Notes: generated by a model not told the origin, from the sequence alone. 64,000 nt of DNA from Octopus bimaculoides (GCF_001194135.2 NC_068997.1:1424559-1488558), one strand, 5' to 3'; shown: positions 12,201-24,260, numbered from the stretch's first letter. A program made the numbers and translations.

Positions 12201-13186
12201 TAAATAAAGATAAAGGTAGATAGAGTATCAATTTGGCAAAACCATTAGAGCATCAGATAAAATACCTTACAATATTTGTTTTGGGTCTCTGTGCTCTGAG
12301 TTTGAATTCTAAGTAAGTTAACTTTGCTTTTCCTTCTTTCAATGGACCAATACATTTGATAAAAAAATGTACTGGCCCATTGTGATGGATTGGTAGAAGG
12401 CTAAAGTGCCAAACAAGATTCCTTGTATCTATTTCACCTTTGTGCATTCTAAGTTCAAATCCTGCCTCCCGTCACTGGTAAAAGAACCATGCTTTTGCTA
12501 TCAGACAAGAATAGCGGTGTCCTTGGAAAATCTTTAAGCAAGTGCTCAAGTCTTGCAGCTGATCACTGTATATATCAGCTCATCAGCTGTCATGGGAGAA
12601 CATAAGGGGACTTTAATTTCTGTCTACCCAAAGAAGAAGGAAAATTCTATATTTGTATATTTAAAATATCATATATAAACATGGAACAGTCTCATACAGT
12701 ACTTGAAGTTTCCTGGCAAGCCACAACTATGAAGTTATCTGATTTCTGATTGGTAATCAATGCACATGCCACCATTCATGAGATTGGTTATTTTACTGTA
12801 ATGGTTTCACACAACAACTGATGAACAGTGGCATGTGCATTGATTATTGATTGGAAATTGGATAACTTCTTAACTGTGGCTTGTTGAGGAAACTCTGAGT
12901 ACTGTATGAGTGTTTGCATAATATATTAGATATAGTCCTCTATTTCAACGATACTGAGGTCTATTTATTTTGTTGTTACATACATGGTTAATTGTTATAT
13001 ATGTGAGACAAAACATCTACATCTGTTTAGAAATGTTAGTCTACCACTGTTGAATTTTTTACATTGTGTGAGAGAGCTATATGTCAGTTAAATTTAAATA
13101 CTTGAGTCATTTTTCGTACAGAGAGAGAGAGAGAGAGAGAGAGAATTTTTAATACTAACTGTTTTGTTTTTTTTTCCTTTTAATAG

Positions 13187-13242
13187 GATTCCGCTATGAG
13201 CTGTATTGTGTTGCTAAGTCAAGTTCCACGCCTCACTGTGTG
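13187..13242 (+). CDS. KTI12: KTI12 homolog exon: (G)FRYELYCVAKSSSTPHCV
   Basis: Matches the conserved KTI12 motif GYRYELYC..K...T..C. Pyrimidine tract plus tag acceptor; gtgagt donor; phase 1 in, phase 0 out. Confidence 0.93.
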
Positions 13243-13734
13243 GTGAGTGTTTTAAATTAATTATTTTCCTTTATGCTAGAGAATTGAAAGGTGTTTTCTT
13301 TAAATCAAGCATGCGACTCAGTTATTAAATCAAAAGCTCAGCCCTGTAATGATTGAACAAAAATGCCTTTATGTGGGGTTATTTATTCAAATGCTTATAA
13401 TGTCTTTACTTGTCAGATTATTGTAATAATTGGAAGGATTGCAGAATAAATTCAGTTATTTTAATGTAAGTTAGTAATTTGTGGATTCATGTTGTACAGG
13501 ATGTTAAGAGTAGAATTTCTAGTTGGAACCACTTCAGTTTAATTTATTGTCTCTGTATTTTAATAACTACAACATAAAGTACATTTTGTGAAAAAATAAC
13601 ATGCTTGTGTGGTTGTTAATTAATCAATTAGCAATAAGTAAAAAGCAGATACACTAAAAAAAAAAAAAGATGATGGGAAGAAAGATGTTGGTAATAAATT
13701 GAAGGCAATTAGTGATAGACATGGACATACAAAC

Positions 13735-14110
13735 ATGTTGTTGGCACTCCGTCGCTTACGATGTCGAGGGTTCCAGTTGATCCGATCAACGGAACAGCCT
13801 GCTCGTGAAATTAACGTGCAAGTGGCTGAGCACTCCACAGACACGTGTACCCTTAACGTAGTTCTTGGGGATGTTCAGCGTGACACAGTGTGACAAGGCT
13901 GACCCTTTGAATTATAGGCACAACAGAAACAGGAAGTAAGAGTGAGAGAAAGTTGTGGTGAAAGAGTACAGCAGGGTTCGCCACCACCCCCTGCTGGAGC
14001 CTCATGGAGCTTTAGGTGTTTTCGCTCAATAACGCCCGGTCTAAGAATCGAAACCGCGATCCTATGACCGCGAGTCCGCTGCCCTAACCACTGGACCATT
14101 GTGCCTCCAC
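13735..14110 (-). mobile_element. SINE family C copy with extended 3' body
   Basis: Minus-strand head gtggaggcacaatggtccagtggttagggcagcggactcgcggtcataggatcgcggtttcgattc. The body also occurs at 51130-51430. Confidence 0.85.
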
Positions 14111-14999
14111 ACATACAAACATCATAAGGTAAAATACATGTGTTTCCATGATTATTTTGCAGCTTAGTTATGATGAAATTTACTGGTAAACCGAGTTACT
14201 TCTTTCAGAAACAATATACCCAGTTATGTACAAATTTCATCTAACACATGTAGGAACAAAGTTGACTACTCCCTTTTGTTCTGCATACAAATTAGATTAT
14301 TGAGTGATTATATCAATCAAAACTCAAGGGAAAAAGTTGAAAAAAATACTCAACAGGTTTCACATCAAATCTTAAATGTATTTGGGGGTCAATCACACCT
14401 GCAAAAAGTTTAGTGCCTGACCATTCTTGGGATAGTATTTTGTCCAATTCACAATGATGAAAAATTTGAACTGATCAAAGTCAAACAGATCACTTGTGTG
14501 CATGTAAGAAATAGTTAACCACACTGATTATCATATCCAAAGCCTTATCTGCCATTAATTCATCAATTAAGTCATCAAACACGCTGTCACTCAAAGAATT
14601 ATTAGTGGTCATTTTGCAAAAAAAACTCTGTAAAAATGGCAAAGATTCAGCAACATGTGGCTTAATGTTAATAATGAACATTACAGAATGTAATAAATGA
14701 TAATGGAATGGGTTAAAGTTTTTTTTTTTTTAGAACAGAGAGTTCTTAACTTCCTTTTTAAAACAAATGCAAACAGGGCAGGTATGATTTGTGCACTTCA
14801 CTCCATCAGTATTGCAGAACACTTCGGTGAGTTAACTTGGGAATTCCAAGTGACACTGTAACCTTTATATAATAAAGGTATTCTTTTGTCTGATGAATAG
14901 CTAAGTTGAGTGCCCCTTGAGTAATTATTACATCAGAGGATCAGCTAGCTTAGAAACATATGTAGCCTGGATTTTACCTGTTTCACTTTCTCAATTTCG

Positions 15000-15033
<34 letters not shown>

Positions 15034-16139
15034 TAGCAAAATATTCATTTTTGTCTAGTTTCTAACAGTCTGTTGCTTTTTAAAAAAAATTATGTTACTT
15101 TTTATAAAATAAATTTAGCAACCCTGATTTCTAGCAGGTTGTGTAGCGATGTAATGAACCCTCTCTGCTATCATACCAGCCATTGTTTCATATAGTAGCC
15201 ATTTCTTTCAGGTAGGTACATTTTTTTTACCTTCTCATCACTACATTTCATTTGCTCAATTACCATATACCAATAAAATACTTTTGAACTCCAGGCTGCT
15301 ATTTGATGCAATATGTAATGTAATTACCTGTTTGACTGACTCAAGTTTACTATAGTTACTTATTTTATTGACCTAAAATGAAAGACTAATTCATTTAGTA
15401 TCAGCAAGATGTGAATTTGGATCCGTTACAAGTATCAATGCCATTGCTTTGCATCTCAGAGCTCAACCATACAACTCCTTTATGTAATTTGTGATTCCAA
15501 AAATAGAAAAGCTTAAGATGTGCTGTCACTTGCCTGCATTGAACTCAAATGAAAATTGGTTTACTTTTACCTGATTGTAGCAAATGATAACAAAAGTATA
15601 GTATTATTTACTGGTAATTTGGTACTGAAATGATACTACACATTTGTGTACCTGTGCATGGGATGAGGGCAGATGAACCTAGTTAAGGTCAATACTCATT
15701 GCTCATGAAATCATGTTAAAACAAGCATGAATAAAAATGCTAATGATCGGGGGTGGGGGTGGGAGTGGTGACGGCTATTTCTATAATTTATAATATTCAT
15801 AATTACCTGTCAGTCGGGACAAAAGTGATCTTCCTTATAAGTAGAATAATTCATATTTAATGGTAGCCATTGAACCTATGATATGTGTATGCGCCTGTTA
15901 TGCTTATAATTTTGATGTATACTTTTTCCATGTTGGTATAGGTTAGATGAAACTTGTTGAGGCAGTTTTCTGTAGTTTGATGCTCTTCTTGTCACTAGCC
16001 TTTCTTTGTGTTTTTTTTTTCAAGATGAACCTACAATAGCTGGGCATATTTTTATCACTGTCATAAACATTGATGCCCTCTATACAGTGTTACTGGTTTA
16101 CGCATTTAGCATGTAAACAGTGAAAAGGGTCACGTATGC

Positions 16140-16718
16140 GTTATTACACTTAGAAAAGTTCAGGACAAATTATTACATCTGGTAGAGTACAGAACAAGAA
16201 AATTTTTGCTTAGAATATTGCAGCTAAGGATAAAATTTGAATATTAAAAATGATTTGATTTTAATTTACAAAGTAACATTGTAATTAAAAAAGGTACCAT
16301 CATTTTATTAAAATATTGACACACTAATATACTTAAAAAATGAGAGCTAGAAGTACCAATATAGCTAAAGTTTTATGCTAAGTATATATGGTAAGCAAAT
16401 TCATTATATAAAAAATAGGCATTGGGTCAAGACTAAAAATGTGAAGACTTGGCAATAACTTAGGCAATAACTCAAGCAAATTAATTGCAAAAAATATTTT
16501 GAGTTATTTTAAATTTTTGATAGAAGTAATAAGTAATAACAAATAAAAGTAATAACTTGTAATAAAATTTTTAGTTTTAATAAAAGCTAATATTTTCTAA
16601 ATCTAAATATTTTATTTGAAATTTTATCCTTAGCTGCAATATTTTAAGTAAAAATTTTCTTGTTCTGTACTTTACCAGATGTAATAACTTGTCTGGAATT
16701 TTTCCAAGTGTAATAACT
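16140..16718. mobile_element. Foldback/MITE-like element with about 100-bp terminal inverted repeats
   Basis: 16140-16240 (gttattacacttagaaaagttcaggacaaattattacatctggtagagtacagaacaagaaaatttttgcttagaatattgcagctaaggataaaattt) is the near reverse complement of 16618-16718. Confidence 0.8.
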
Positions 16719-16895
16719 TGTCTTGTACTTTTCCAGGTTTATAATATTAAGAATATTTCTCTTGCTTGCATTTTTCCATGTAATATATGTATGTGTAAAT
16801 GTGCGTGTATCTGTAATTCTATTTTCTATGTATCTTTCTAAATAAACATACACAAATACATATACACTCACTCAGATATATAAATATATTTTACT

Positions 16896-16929
<34 letters not shown>

Positions 16930-17396
16930 TTCACATTCCTCCCTTTTACATGTACACTCTGAGTTGAAGCACTGTTTGATTTTTGTTTCTCCATTGACTT
17001 TTTACCATCCCACTTCCATTGGTGGATCACCCCTTCCTTTCTCTTTCATATGTTGTGACAGAGAAATACACAAGAGTATTGTTATAGTAGACACTCTCTT
17101 TGCCACTCCCTCTCTCCCATTGCTATTACTTTCTCTCACTCCCTTTCAGTCATCGCTATTTCTCTCAATACTTCTCCTTCACTGAATTACTATTTTCTCT
17201 CCTCTCCCTTCACCATTCACTCCAACTGTGTGATTTTAGACAGATATATTATATACAAATATATAAAAACACTAGGCTCATTATTATATTAGGAGATTAA
17301 AGACTAATATCAAATTTCCTGGTTGTTAGTTTGATTTAACAGTTTCCAGTTTGTACTGTGGATTCATTTCTTAATTATTGATATTTTTTTATGTAG

Positions 17397-17476
17397 GTGT
17401 ACTGTGCAGCTAGCCTGCAACAGTGCAGTGAATGGAACAAGATTAGGCTAGAAGCAGAACAGTATTCTGAAGACAT
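17397..17476 (+). CDS. KTI12: KTI12 homolog exon: VYCAASLQQCSEWNKIRLEAEQYSED(I)
   Basis: Matches the KTI12 segment VYC......EWN..R.....Y. tag acceptor, gtaagt donor; 80 nt, phase 0 to 2. Confidence 0.92.
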
Positions 17477-17567
17477 GTAAGTGATGTGATTAATATTCTA
17501 AGTAATTTGTTGAGAAATATACTGGCATTATGTCTTAATGGTTGATAAGGCACAAATGTTAATTGCT

Positions 17568-17833
17568 ATCATCATCATCATCATCGTTTAACGTCTGCTT
17601 TCCATGCTAGCATGGGTTGGACGATTTGACTGAGGACTGGTGAAACCAGATGGCTACACCAGGCTCCAATCTGATTTGGCAGAGTTTCTACGGCTGGATG
17701 CCCTTCCTAATGCCAACCACTCAGAGAGTGTAGTGGGTGCTTTTACGTGTCACCCGCATGAAGGCCAGTCAGGCGGTACTGACAACGGCCATGCTCAAAA
17801 TGGTGTATTTTATGTGCCACCCGCACAAGAGCC
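17568..17833 (-). mobile_element. SINE family D copy (RTE-like tail ending in (GAT)n)
   Basis: Reverse complement of ttggcattaggaagggcatccagccgtagaaac...ccaacccatgctagcatggaaagcagacgttaaacgatgatgat; shared with 20600-20772. Confidence 0.85.
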
Positions 17834-17910
17834 AGTCCAGGGGCACAGATTATATAATTCATGGAAGTTCCAGTTACTTCTGAAAATCCAATTTTTATAT
17901 CATTATTAGT

Positions 17911-17979
<69 letters not shown>

Positions 17980-17989
17980 ATTTATATAT

Positions 17990-18207
17990 AAGGGCAGGAA
18001 GCAGGCAGAATCATTAGTGTGCTGGACAAAATGCCTTGTGGCAGTTCTTTCAGTGCTTTTACATTCTGAGTCCAAATCCCATTGAGGCCAACTTTGCTTT
18101 TTATCTTTCTTGGGGTTGGTCAAATCAGTCAAATACTGGGGTCGATGTAACTGATTAACTTACATCCCCTAAAATTTCTGACCTTGTGCTAAAATTTGAA
18201 AGAATTA
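17990..18207 (+). mobile_element. SINE family B copy, degenerate
   Basis: aggcagaatcattagtgtgctggacaaaatgc...ttctgagtccaaatccc..gaggccaactttgc. Confidence 0.75.
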
Positions 18208-18299
18208 TTAGCTCTATATTACTGTAGAATAATTAGAGCACTAAACAAAATGCCCTATGGCATTTGTTTCTGCTTTTTACATACCTAGTTCCTTTCTTA

Positions 18300-18530
18300 C
18301 CAAGATCAACTTTGCCTTGCATCCTCCTGGAGTTGTTGTTAGTAAGAAAGAAGACAAAACTCTCTTTCCATCAGATAAATGGCCCTGTTCAATATGTAGG
18401 AAAGGAGTTGGAAGAAATTCCATTCACTGCACCCAGTGTAAGCTATGGACACATAAGAGGTGCAGTGGAATCACAGGTAGATTAACAGGTAAAGTCATCT
18501 TCGTATGTGGAAGATGTGCAAGAATAAGCA
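18300..18530 (+). mobile_element. RTE-type LINE fragment with Cys-rich finger
   Basis: KWPCSICRKGVGRNSIHCTQCKLWTHKRCSGITGRLTGKVIFVCGRC resembles the finger found within the ORF of RTE-clade elements. Confidence 0.75.
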
Positions 18531-19401
18531 CTAAGAGCACATGGGACTTAGATTCTCTCAAATGCCCATCATTGGCATGATGATACACATCGACAAAGCC
18601 TATTGAATTCATCCACTCATGTCCTGTCTCTGCTGTCAAACTGACAAAGCATGATTCCCAGTCTCAGCTTATCTGCCTGTGAATAGATATGATGAGCCAG
18701 TATAATTCTCTGGTGGGAGTTACTATGATAACTACTAACTTGATTAATATTCTATTTGTAATCTGAGTGACCTGAGAGGTGCAATGAGAAAGTATTTCAT
18801 TGTATCCTCGCTGAAGTCACTATATAGAAGACATAGTATTTAGTGATTTCACAATGATCCTGTTGGCTACAGGACAAAATTATCTTGATTGTACGTATTC
18901 TTTTTATTAACTAATAATTAATATGTAGTTGGAGTGAAATAGATCGATGACTTGATAGCAGTATATATGGTATTATTTTATAGACCCTGGATGGATAAAT
19001 AACTAAACTAATGCTTGCATTATTTGTGTTCTGTATGTAGAAGGACATGACTAAATACTATTAGACCTTTACATCAATCCCCCTCCCTTCCTCCTCATAG
19101 GGTGCTGACAAGAGCTCCCATCTGCTAGTGCGTCTTCCTTTCAACTCTCAGTTCGTTGCTTCATATGCAGTCTCTGAGACCTCCTCCTTACCAGGACCAG
19201 TCTCATGCTTCTTTGTTGATGTTTCAATAGTAATGTAGAATATTGATAGTGCAGGGCTGTTAACTCCTTTCTCAACCAGGCTTGGGACCAGCTATGGCAG
19301 AGTTCCTCATCTAATCTATTATCTAGAAAATATTACTGTTAGAATGTTAATAATTATATATACACACATATACATACATCTTTTATGTAACATAATTTCA
19401 G

Positions 19402-19561
19402 ACTTGAACAACTTGCGCGATGTTTTGAAATGCCCAATTCTCAGACTCGATGGGATAGTCCTTTATTTGTGATTCAAAAAGGAGATGAATTACCAAAGCA
19501 GAAAATTACAGATGCTCTATTTTCTCGAAAGGCTCCACCTCCAAATATGTCAACGCAATCA
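19402..19561 (+). CDS. KTI12: KTI12 homolog exon: LEQLARCFEMPNSQTRWDSPLFVIQKGDELPKQKITDALFSRKAPPPNMSTQS
   Basis: Contains the diagnostic FE.P....RWDSPLF and KAPPPN.STQS motifs. tttcag acceptor, gtaagt donor; 160 nt, phase 2 to 0. Confidence 0.96.
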
Positions 19562-20101
19562 GTAAGTCTTTATTCACTGAAGAATTTGTTCAATCCTCTT
19601 CGTTGTTCCAAACCTATTGCATTGATTTGTTTTGTTCTGCATTTTCTGGTCTGTAGTTGTATTTTGTCTTTATTAACTCTTTGGCTACCAAATGACCTCT
19701 TGCTTGAATGACGTACACTTGTAATGTAAATTTATAGTCCAAACACCAGCTTAATAATTACAGTTATTTTACTAACCTCTTCAAAGGTAATATTTTTCAA
19801 CAGAAATGTGGTAGCAAAAGAGTTAAATCTTTTTTTTCTTTTAATTTTTTTTATTAAAGATCTTATTGAAATATGTTAATTTTTAATCTAATAATGTGGT
19901 GGTACTGTCTAGACCTAATAAGAAGAATTTTTGATGTTGAAATCAAATTTCTCATTTACTGAAAATACTTTATACTAATTATATCAGTTATAAAATATTA
20001 GCTTTTCTATCTTTGCTTCCCATTTCTATACAGTGAAAAATACTTTTTTCCCTTCAGTTTGTTTATTAATATTTTCATTGTCACTTTTCATTTCTTTTCA
20101 G

Positions 20102-20164
20102 CAACCTTTGTCATCAACAAACTTTCTCTATGATCTTGATTGTGTGACAAATAATACAATAAAA
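20102..20164 (+). CDS. KTI12: KTI12 homolog exon: QPLSSTNFLYDLDCVTNNTIK
   Basis: Matches the KTI12 motif QPL...NFL..LD..T. tttcag acceptor, gtaagt donor; 63 nt, phase 0. Confidence 0.94.
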
Positions 20165-20289
20165 GTAAGTAGAAATTTTGCTTCAAATATCTTTTTAATG
20201 TTCATAATTTGTGGTATACATAATTTTATTTGTGATATATGGTAAATGTAATTTTATTTATAGCATGTCATCATATGTCATTTTATTTG

Positions 20290-20772
20290 TGGTGCTGGTG
20301 GCACGTAAAAAGCACCAACCGAACATGGCCGATGCCAGTACCCACTGACTGGCTCCCATACTGGTGTCACGTAAAAAGCACTATCCGAATGTGATCGATG
20401 CCAGGACTGCCTGACTGGCCCCCGTGCCGGTGGGACGTAAAAAGCACCATCTGAACGTGGCCAATGCCAGTACCCTCTGACTAGCTCCTGTGCCAGTGGC
20501 ACACGAAAAGCACTGTCCGAACATAGCCGATGCCAATACCCCCTGACTGGCTTCTGTGCCAGTGGCACGTAAAAAGCAGTATCCATGTGCCGGTGGCACG
20601 TAAAAAGCACCTACTATACTCTCGGAGTGGTTGGCATTAGGAAGGGCATCCAGCTGTAGAAACATTGCCAGATCAGATTGGAGCCTGGTACAGCTGTTGG
20701 CTCTCCAGACCTCAGTCAAACCGTCCAACTCATGCCAGCATGGAAAATGGACGTTAAATGATGATGATGATG
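20290..20772 (+). mobile_element. SINE family D copy with an internal 66-bp tandem array
   Basis: Units start at 20300, 20366, 20432, 20498 and 20564, plus a short one at 20595 (g.cacgtaaaaagcac...gatgccag...tgactggc...gtgcc.gt), followed by the family D tail. Confidence 0.85.
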
Positions 20773-20822
20773 TATGTCATTGCATTCAATCTAAGCAGTT
20801 CTCTTTTTATTCTTTCCATCAG

Positions 20823-20891
20823 ACAATTATGCAATCTCAGAGTTCGAGTGTCCCAGGAGATCAACTTACTATTCCAGGAGTGGAAGAGAAA
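20823..20891 (+). CDS. KTI12: KTI12 homolog exon: TIMQSQSSSVPGDQLTIPGVEEK
   Basis: In phase with neighbouring exons; PGD.L.IPG resembles KTI12. ttccatcag acceptor, gtatcctttt donor. Confidence 0.88.
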
Positions 20892-21759
20892 GTATCCTTT
20901 TTTTTTGTTTTAATCATCTTTTGTTGGTTTCAGTTAGTGAACTGTGGCCAAGCTGGAGCATGACCTCAAGGGTTTTGAAGTTGGTGTGCCTACATGGCCA
21001 CATAGTAATATTGATCCCAGTACTTAGATACTCATTTATCAAATAGCTGTGTTTACTTATTGAGCTATTTCTCTTTTAAAGAGTTACCTTCTTTTAAGGA
21101 TTAAATACCACAAGGAGTTTATACAAATATATTCACAACACTATATACATTACTAGTATACATACACTGTTGGGAGGGAGTAAATACCAGGAGTTTATGC
21201 TAGTATAGACACGCTTGCACATACAAATGTATATGATCATTGTTTTTTGTCTGCTTTTTCCATGGTGGCATGTGTTAGATGAGACTTATCAAGGTAATAT
21301 ACACCAAGCTGTAAGATGGGATGTATGTTTATGTGTTTTCAACTTGTGTTGAAGATTATTCTGAAAATCATGTTATTGGACTAAAATCTTCCTTTTGTTG
21401 AACCTCATAGTGCAACTGTAACTAAGCACCTTATGCAGAAGTATTTTATAATTGATGACTATGTTGCTGACTTGCAGAGCTTCAATTTTTTCCTTGTGAT
21501 TGGACAAAGTAATAGAAAACCACTCTAGTATATTCAAAAGAGTCTTAAATTACACTGAGATGAATTCTTTAGTTGGTCCCTTTTTAAAATTTTTATCTGG
21601 AACATATTAATCAAAATTTATTTACTCTCTGGTCTCTCTCTCTCTCTCTCTATAATTTGATTGCTTTCTTGCAATTATCATATTCTTTTGATCTGTATAT
21701 TATTGCTATTTACTGAAGATTAAATATTATACTGATTATTGAATTCCTTAACAATCCAG
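20892..21759 (+). other. U12-type (minor spliceosome) GT-AG intron of KTI12
   Basis: 5' end GTATCCTTT; branch motif TTCCTTAAC at 21744-21752, followed by aatccag. Both match the U12 consensus. Confidence 0.85.
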
Positions 21760-21903
21760 ATAGTATTTAATCGTCACCTACCATTATCAGAACTACAGCG
21801 GTACAGACGACAGTTTATTACTTACACAAAAATGCATCCTGTCGAAGATACGAAGAGACTTTCTACTATGTTTGTATCATATCTTAATAGTTATATTAGT
21901 TAA
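21760..21903 (+). CDS. KTI12: KTI12 homolog last coding exon: IVFNRHLPLSELQRYRRQFITYTKMHPVEDTKRLSTMFVSYLNSYIS*
   Basis: Matches the KTI12 C-terminus L..L.R.RRQFI.YTKMHP......MF..YL. Stop TAA at 21901-21903. Confidence 0.95.
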   Translation: MVFNRHLPLSELQRYRRQFITYTKMHPVEDTKRLSTMFVSYLNSYIS

Positions 21904-21942
21904 CAATAATATATTTATATTTTTCAAATTTATTATTTTTTG

Positions 21943-21948
21943 AATAAA
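21943..21948 (+). promoter_or_regulatory. Candidate KTI12 polyadenylation signal AATAAA
   Basis: Hexamer 40 nt after the stop codon, with T-rich sequence downstream. Chance occurrence is possible in AT-rich DNA. Confidence 0.45.
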
Positions 21949-22952
21949 GATATGGAAAATAATTTTGATTTTGAGTCTAACTTATCTTTGAGTGTTTGCT
22001 TCAAGACATGTATTGTCATTGCTTTTACATCTACTTTTACCTCACTGGTTTGTTTTGGATGAGATTTCTTACAGCAATATTTTACGGCTAGTACCACCAA
22101 CAATTACTTGTTTACACGTAAGTTACTATGTTCGATTAGCCTCTATGTTAAACTGACTGCTGAGTTGTGGCCTCTGTTGTTTATGTAGGACCTAAACAAA
22201 CATCAAACAGTGTCAACACAAAAATGTGAGCACAAACACATACCTACATTTTCCTGAAGTGCTACAAGCTTCAAATCTCTTGAATATATACATAAATAGA
22301 TAAATACATATATATATAAATAAATATATGTATATATATTTATTTGTGTATATGTATATATATATATTTATGTATATATATATTTATTTATATATGTATA
22401 TTTATATATATATATATTTATTNNNNNNNNNNNNNNNNNNNNNNNNNNNNNNNNNNNNNNNNNNNNNNNNNNNNNNNNNNNNNNNNNNNNNNNNNNNNNN
22501 NNNNNNNNNNNNNNNNNNNNNNATATATATATATACATAGGTAAGTAGAGTTAGCGGTTGGAATAACTGTCTAACGGATAAGAATATTCTACCCGTATAA
22601 ATTACCTATGTTAACCCTGGGCATGAATATGCAAGCATACTATGCTCATAGAATACAGGCAATAATAAAACAGTTTATCACACACACGCACGCACACGCA
22701 CATACAGGCACACACACTGTATAAAACTAACTTACCCTAAATTTATAAACAGAATGCAGAATCAAGTGCCCACCAAAAAGCCAATCATACATAACAGTGA
22801 AAGATCACAATGTAATTCTGGTCTCGAAAGGAAGACTAATAAAATAATGTAAAAGAGAAATAGGCAGAAACAACAGAAGCATCCTAGTAATTAGCAATGC
22901 CAAAATCTCCTAATATGAAAATGAACGTAGTGTTCATATATATATCTATCTA

Positions 22953-23015
<63 letters not shown>

Positions 23016-23060
23016 ATATATATATATATATATATATATNNNNNNNNNNNNNNNNNNNNN

Positions 23061-23116
<56 letters not shown>

Positions 23117-23949
23117 TGTGTGTGTGTCCAGAATCACGCCGGACGCGGAGGAAGAGAGAAAATAGTAATTCAGTGAAGGAACAGTAGTGAGAGTAATAGC
23201 GCTGACTGAGAGAGAGATAGAGAGAGAGAGATAGAGAGAGAGAAAGAGAGAGATAGAGAGAGAAAGATAGAGAGAGAGAAAGAGAGAGAGAGAAAGTGAG
23301 AGAAAGTAATAGCAAAGAGAGAAAGGAAGGGGGTGATATATGAATAAGGAAGGAAGGGGTGAAAAAATCAGCGTTTCAACTTTGTGTGAATATATGTGTG
23401 TGCGTCTACAAGGGAAGTGTGTGAATGCTTGTGTGTGTGATTATTATGTACCTTATTTGGTACCTCATTTATATATAAAATACTACAATTAGCCGTCATT
23501 ATTGACAGCACGTGGTCAGCCAGTAACTTAAGAAATCGCATTTACACTATTCATAGACAGTAAGTGTTGTATGATGACAACCGTCGGCATCACTGATATA
23601 TTCCTCTATCTGAAACTCATTCCATAAATTTCACCAAAAGCCTCATTTGAACCAAAGAAAGACAAAATAACAGAATTAAACATGTCAGGAAATCGCGTCT
23701 TTCTACGACTGCACAACTGAGGTAAAAATAGAAGATGATGAATCCTTCTACGTCACCACTGCATGCAGTGGAGTATGCGCATTGGTAGTTAAACCTCCTG
23801 GAATGAAGAAATAAAATTTCTATCAAATGCGGTATACGTCTATTCAGTGAGTTTAGCCTACTTATCACAAAAAATATTTGGCGGGAAGTAGGTTAAGAAT
23901 AGGAAAACCACATAAATGCCCTCTAGAATCTAAAATACCCTGACAAGCA

Positions 23950-24260
23950 AACCTAATCATATCAAATTATTGTGATATAACATTAAGAATAATCATTTTA
24001 GGTGTTTAGATTACAAAGAGAAAAAAAAACATACACACAAACGAAATAAACACCGCCGATAACAACAACATTAGCTGAAGATTCTCCTCAGTTTTGTCCG
24101 ATAAAGTAATATTCAACGATGCACCATCCTTCTATAAAGAAACCTTAGACGCTAGCATATTTCAAGAAAAAATCTATAGTTAATATCAAAATCCATGCGA
24201 GCGACCATAAAAAAATAAGGATTATCATCTGGTACAACCCACTGTTCAGCTCTAAGACAA
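23950..24260 (+). mobile_element. Penelope-like element relic (RT C-terminal/linker region)
   Basis: Degenerate SDKVIFNDAPSFYKETLDAS....RIIIWYNPLFS resembles the PLE motif RNIIWFNPPYS. Confidence 0.6.

Noticed and set aside
14490-14681. 63-aa minus-strand ORF (SDSVFDDLIDELMADKALD)
   Set aside because: It is short, antisense within a KTI12 intron, and has no recognisable family or partner exons.
20300-20610. CRISPR-like periodic array
   Set aside because: The context is eukaryotic with no cas genes, the would-be spacers are homologous to each other, and the array sits inside a SINE.
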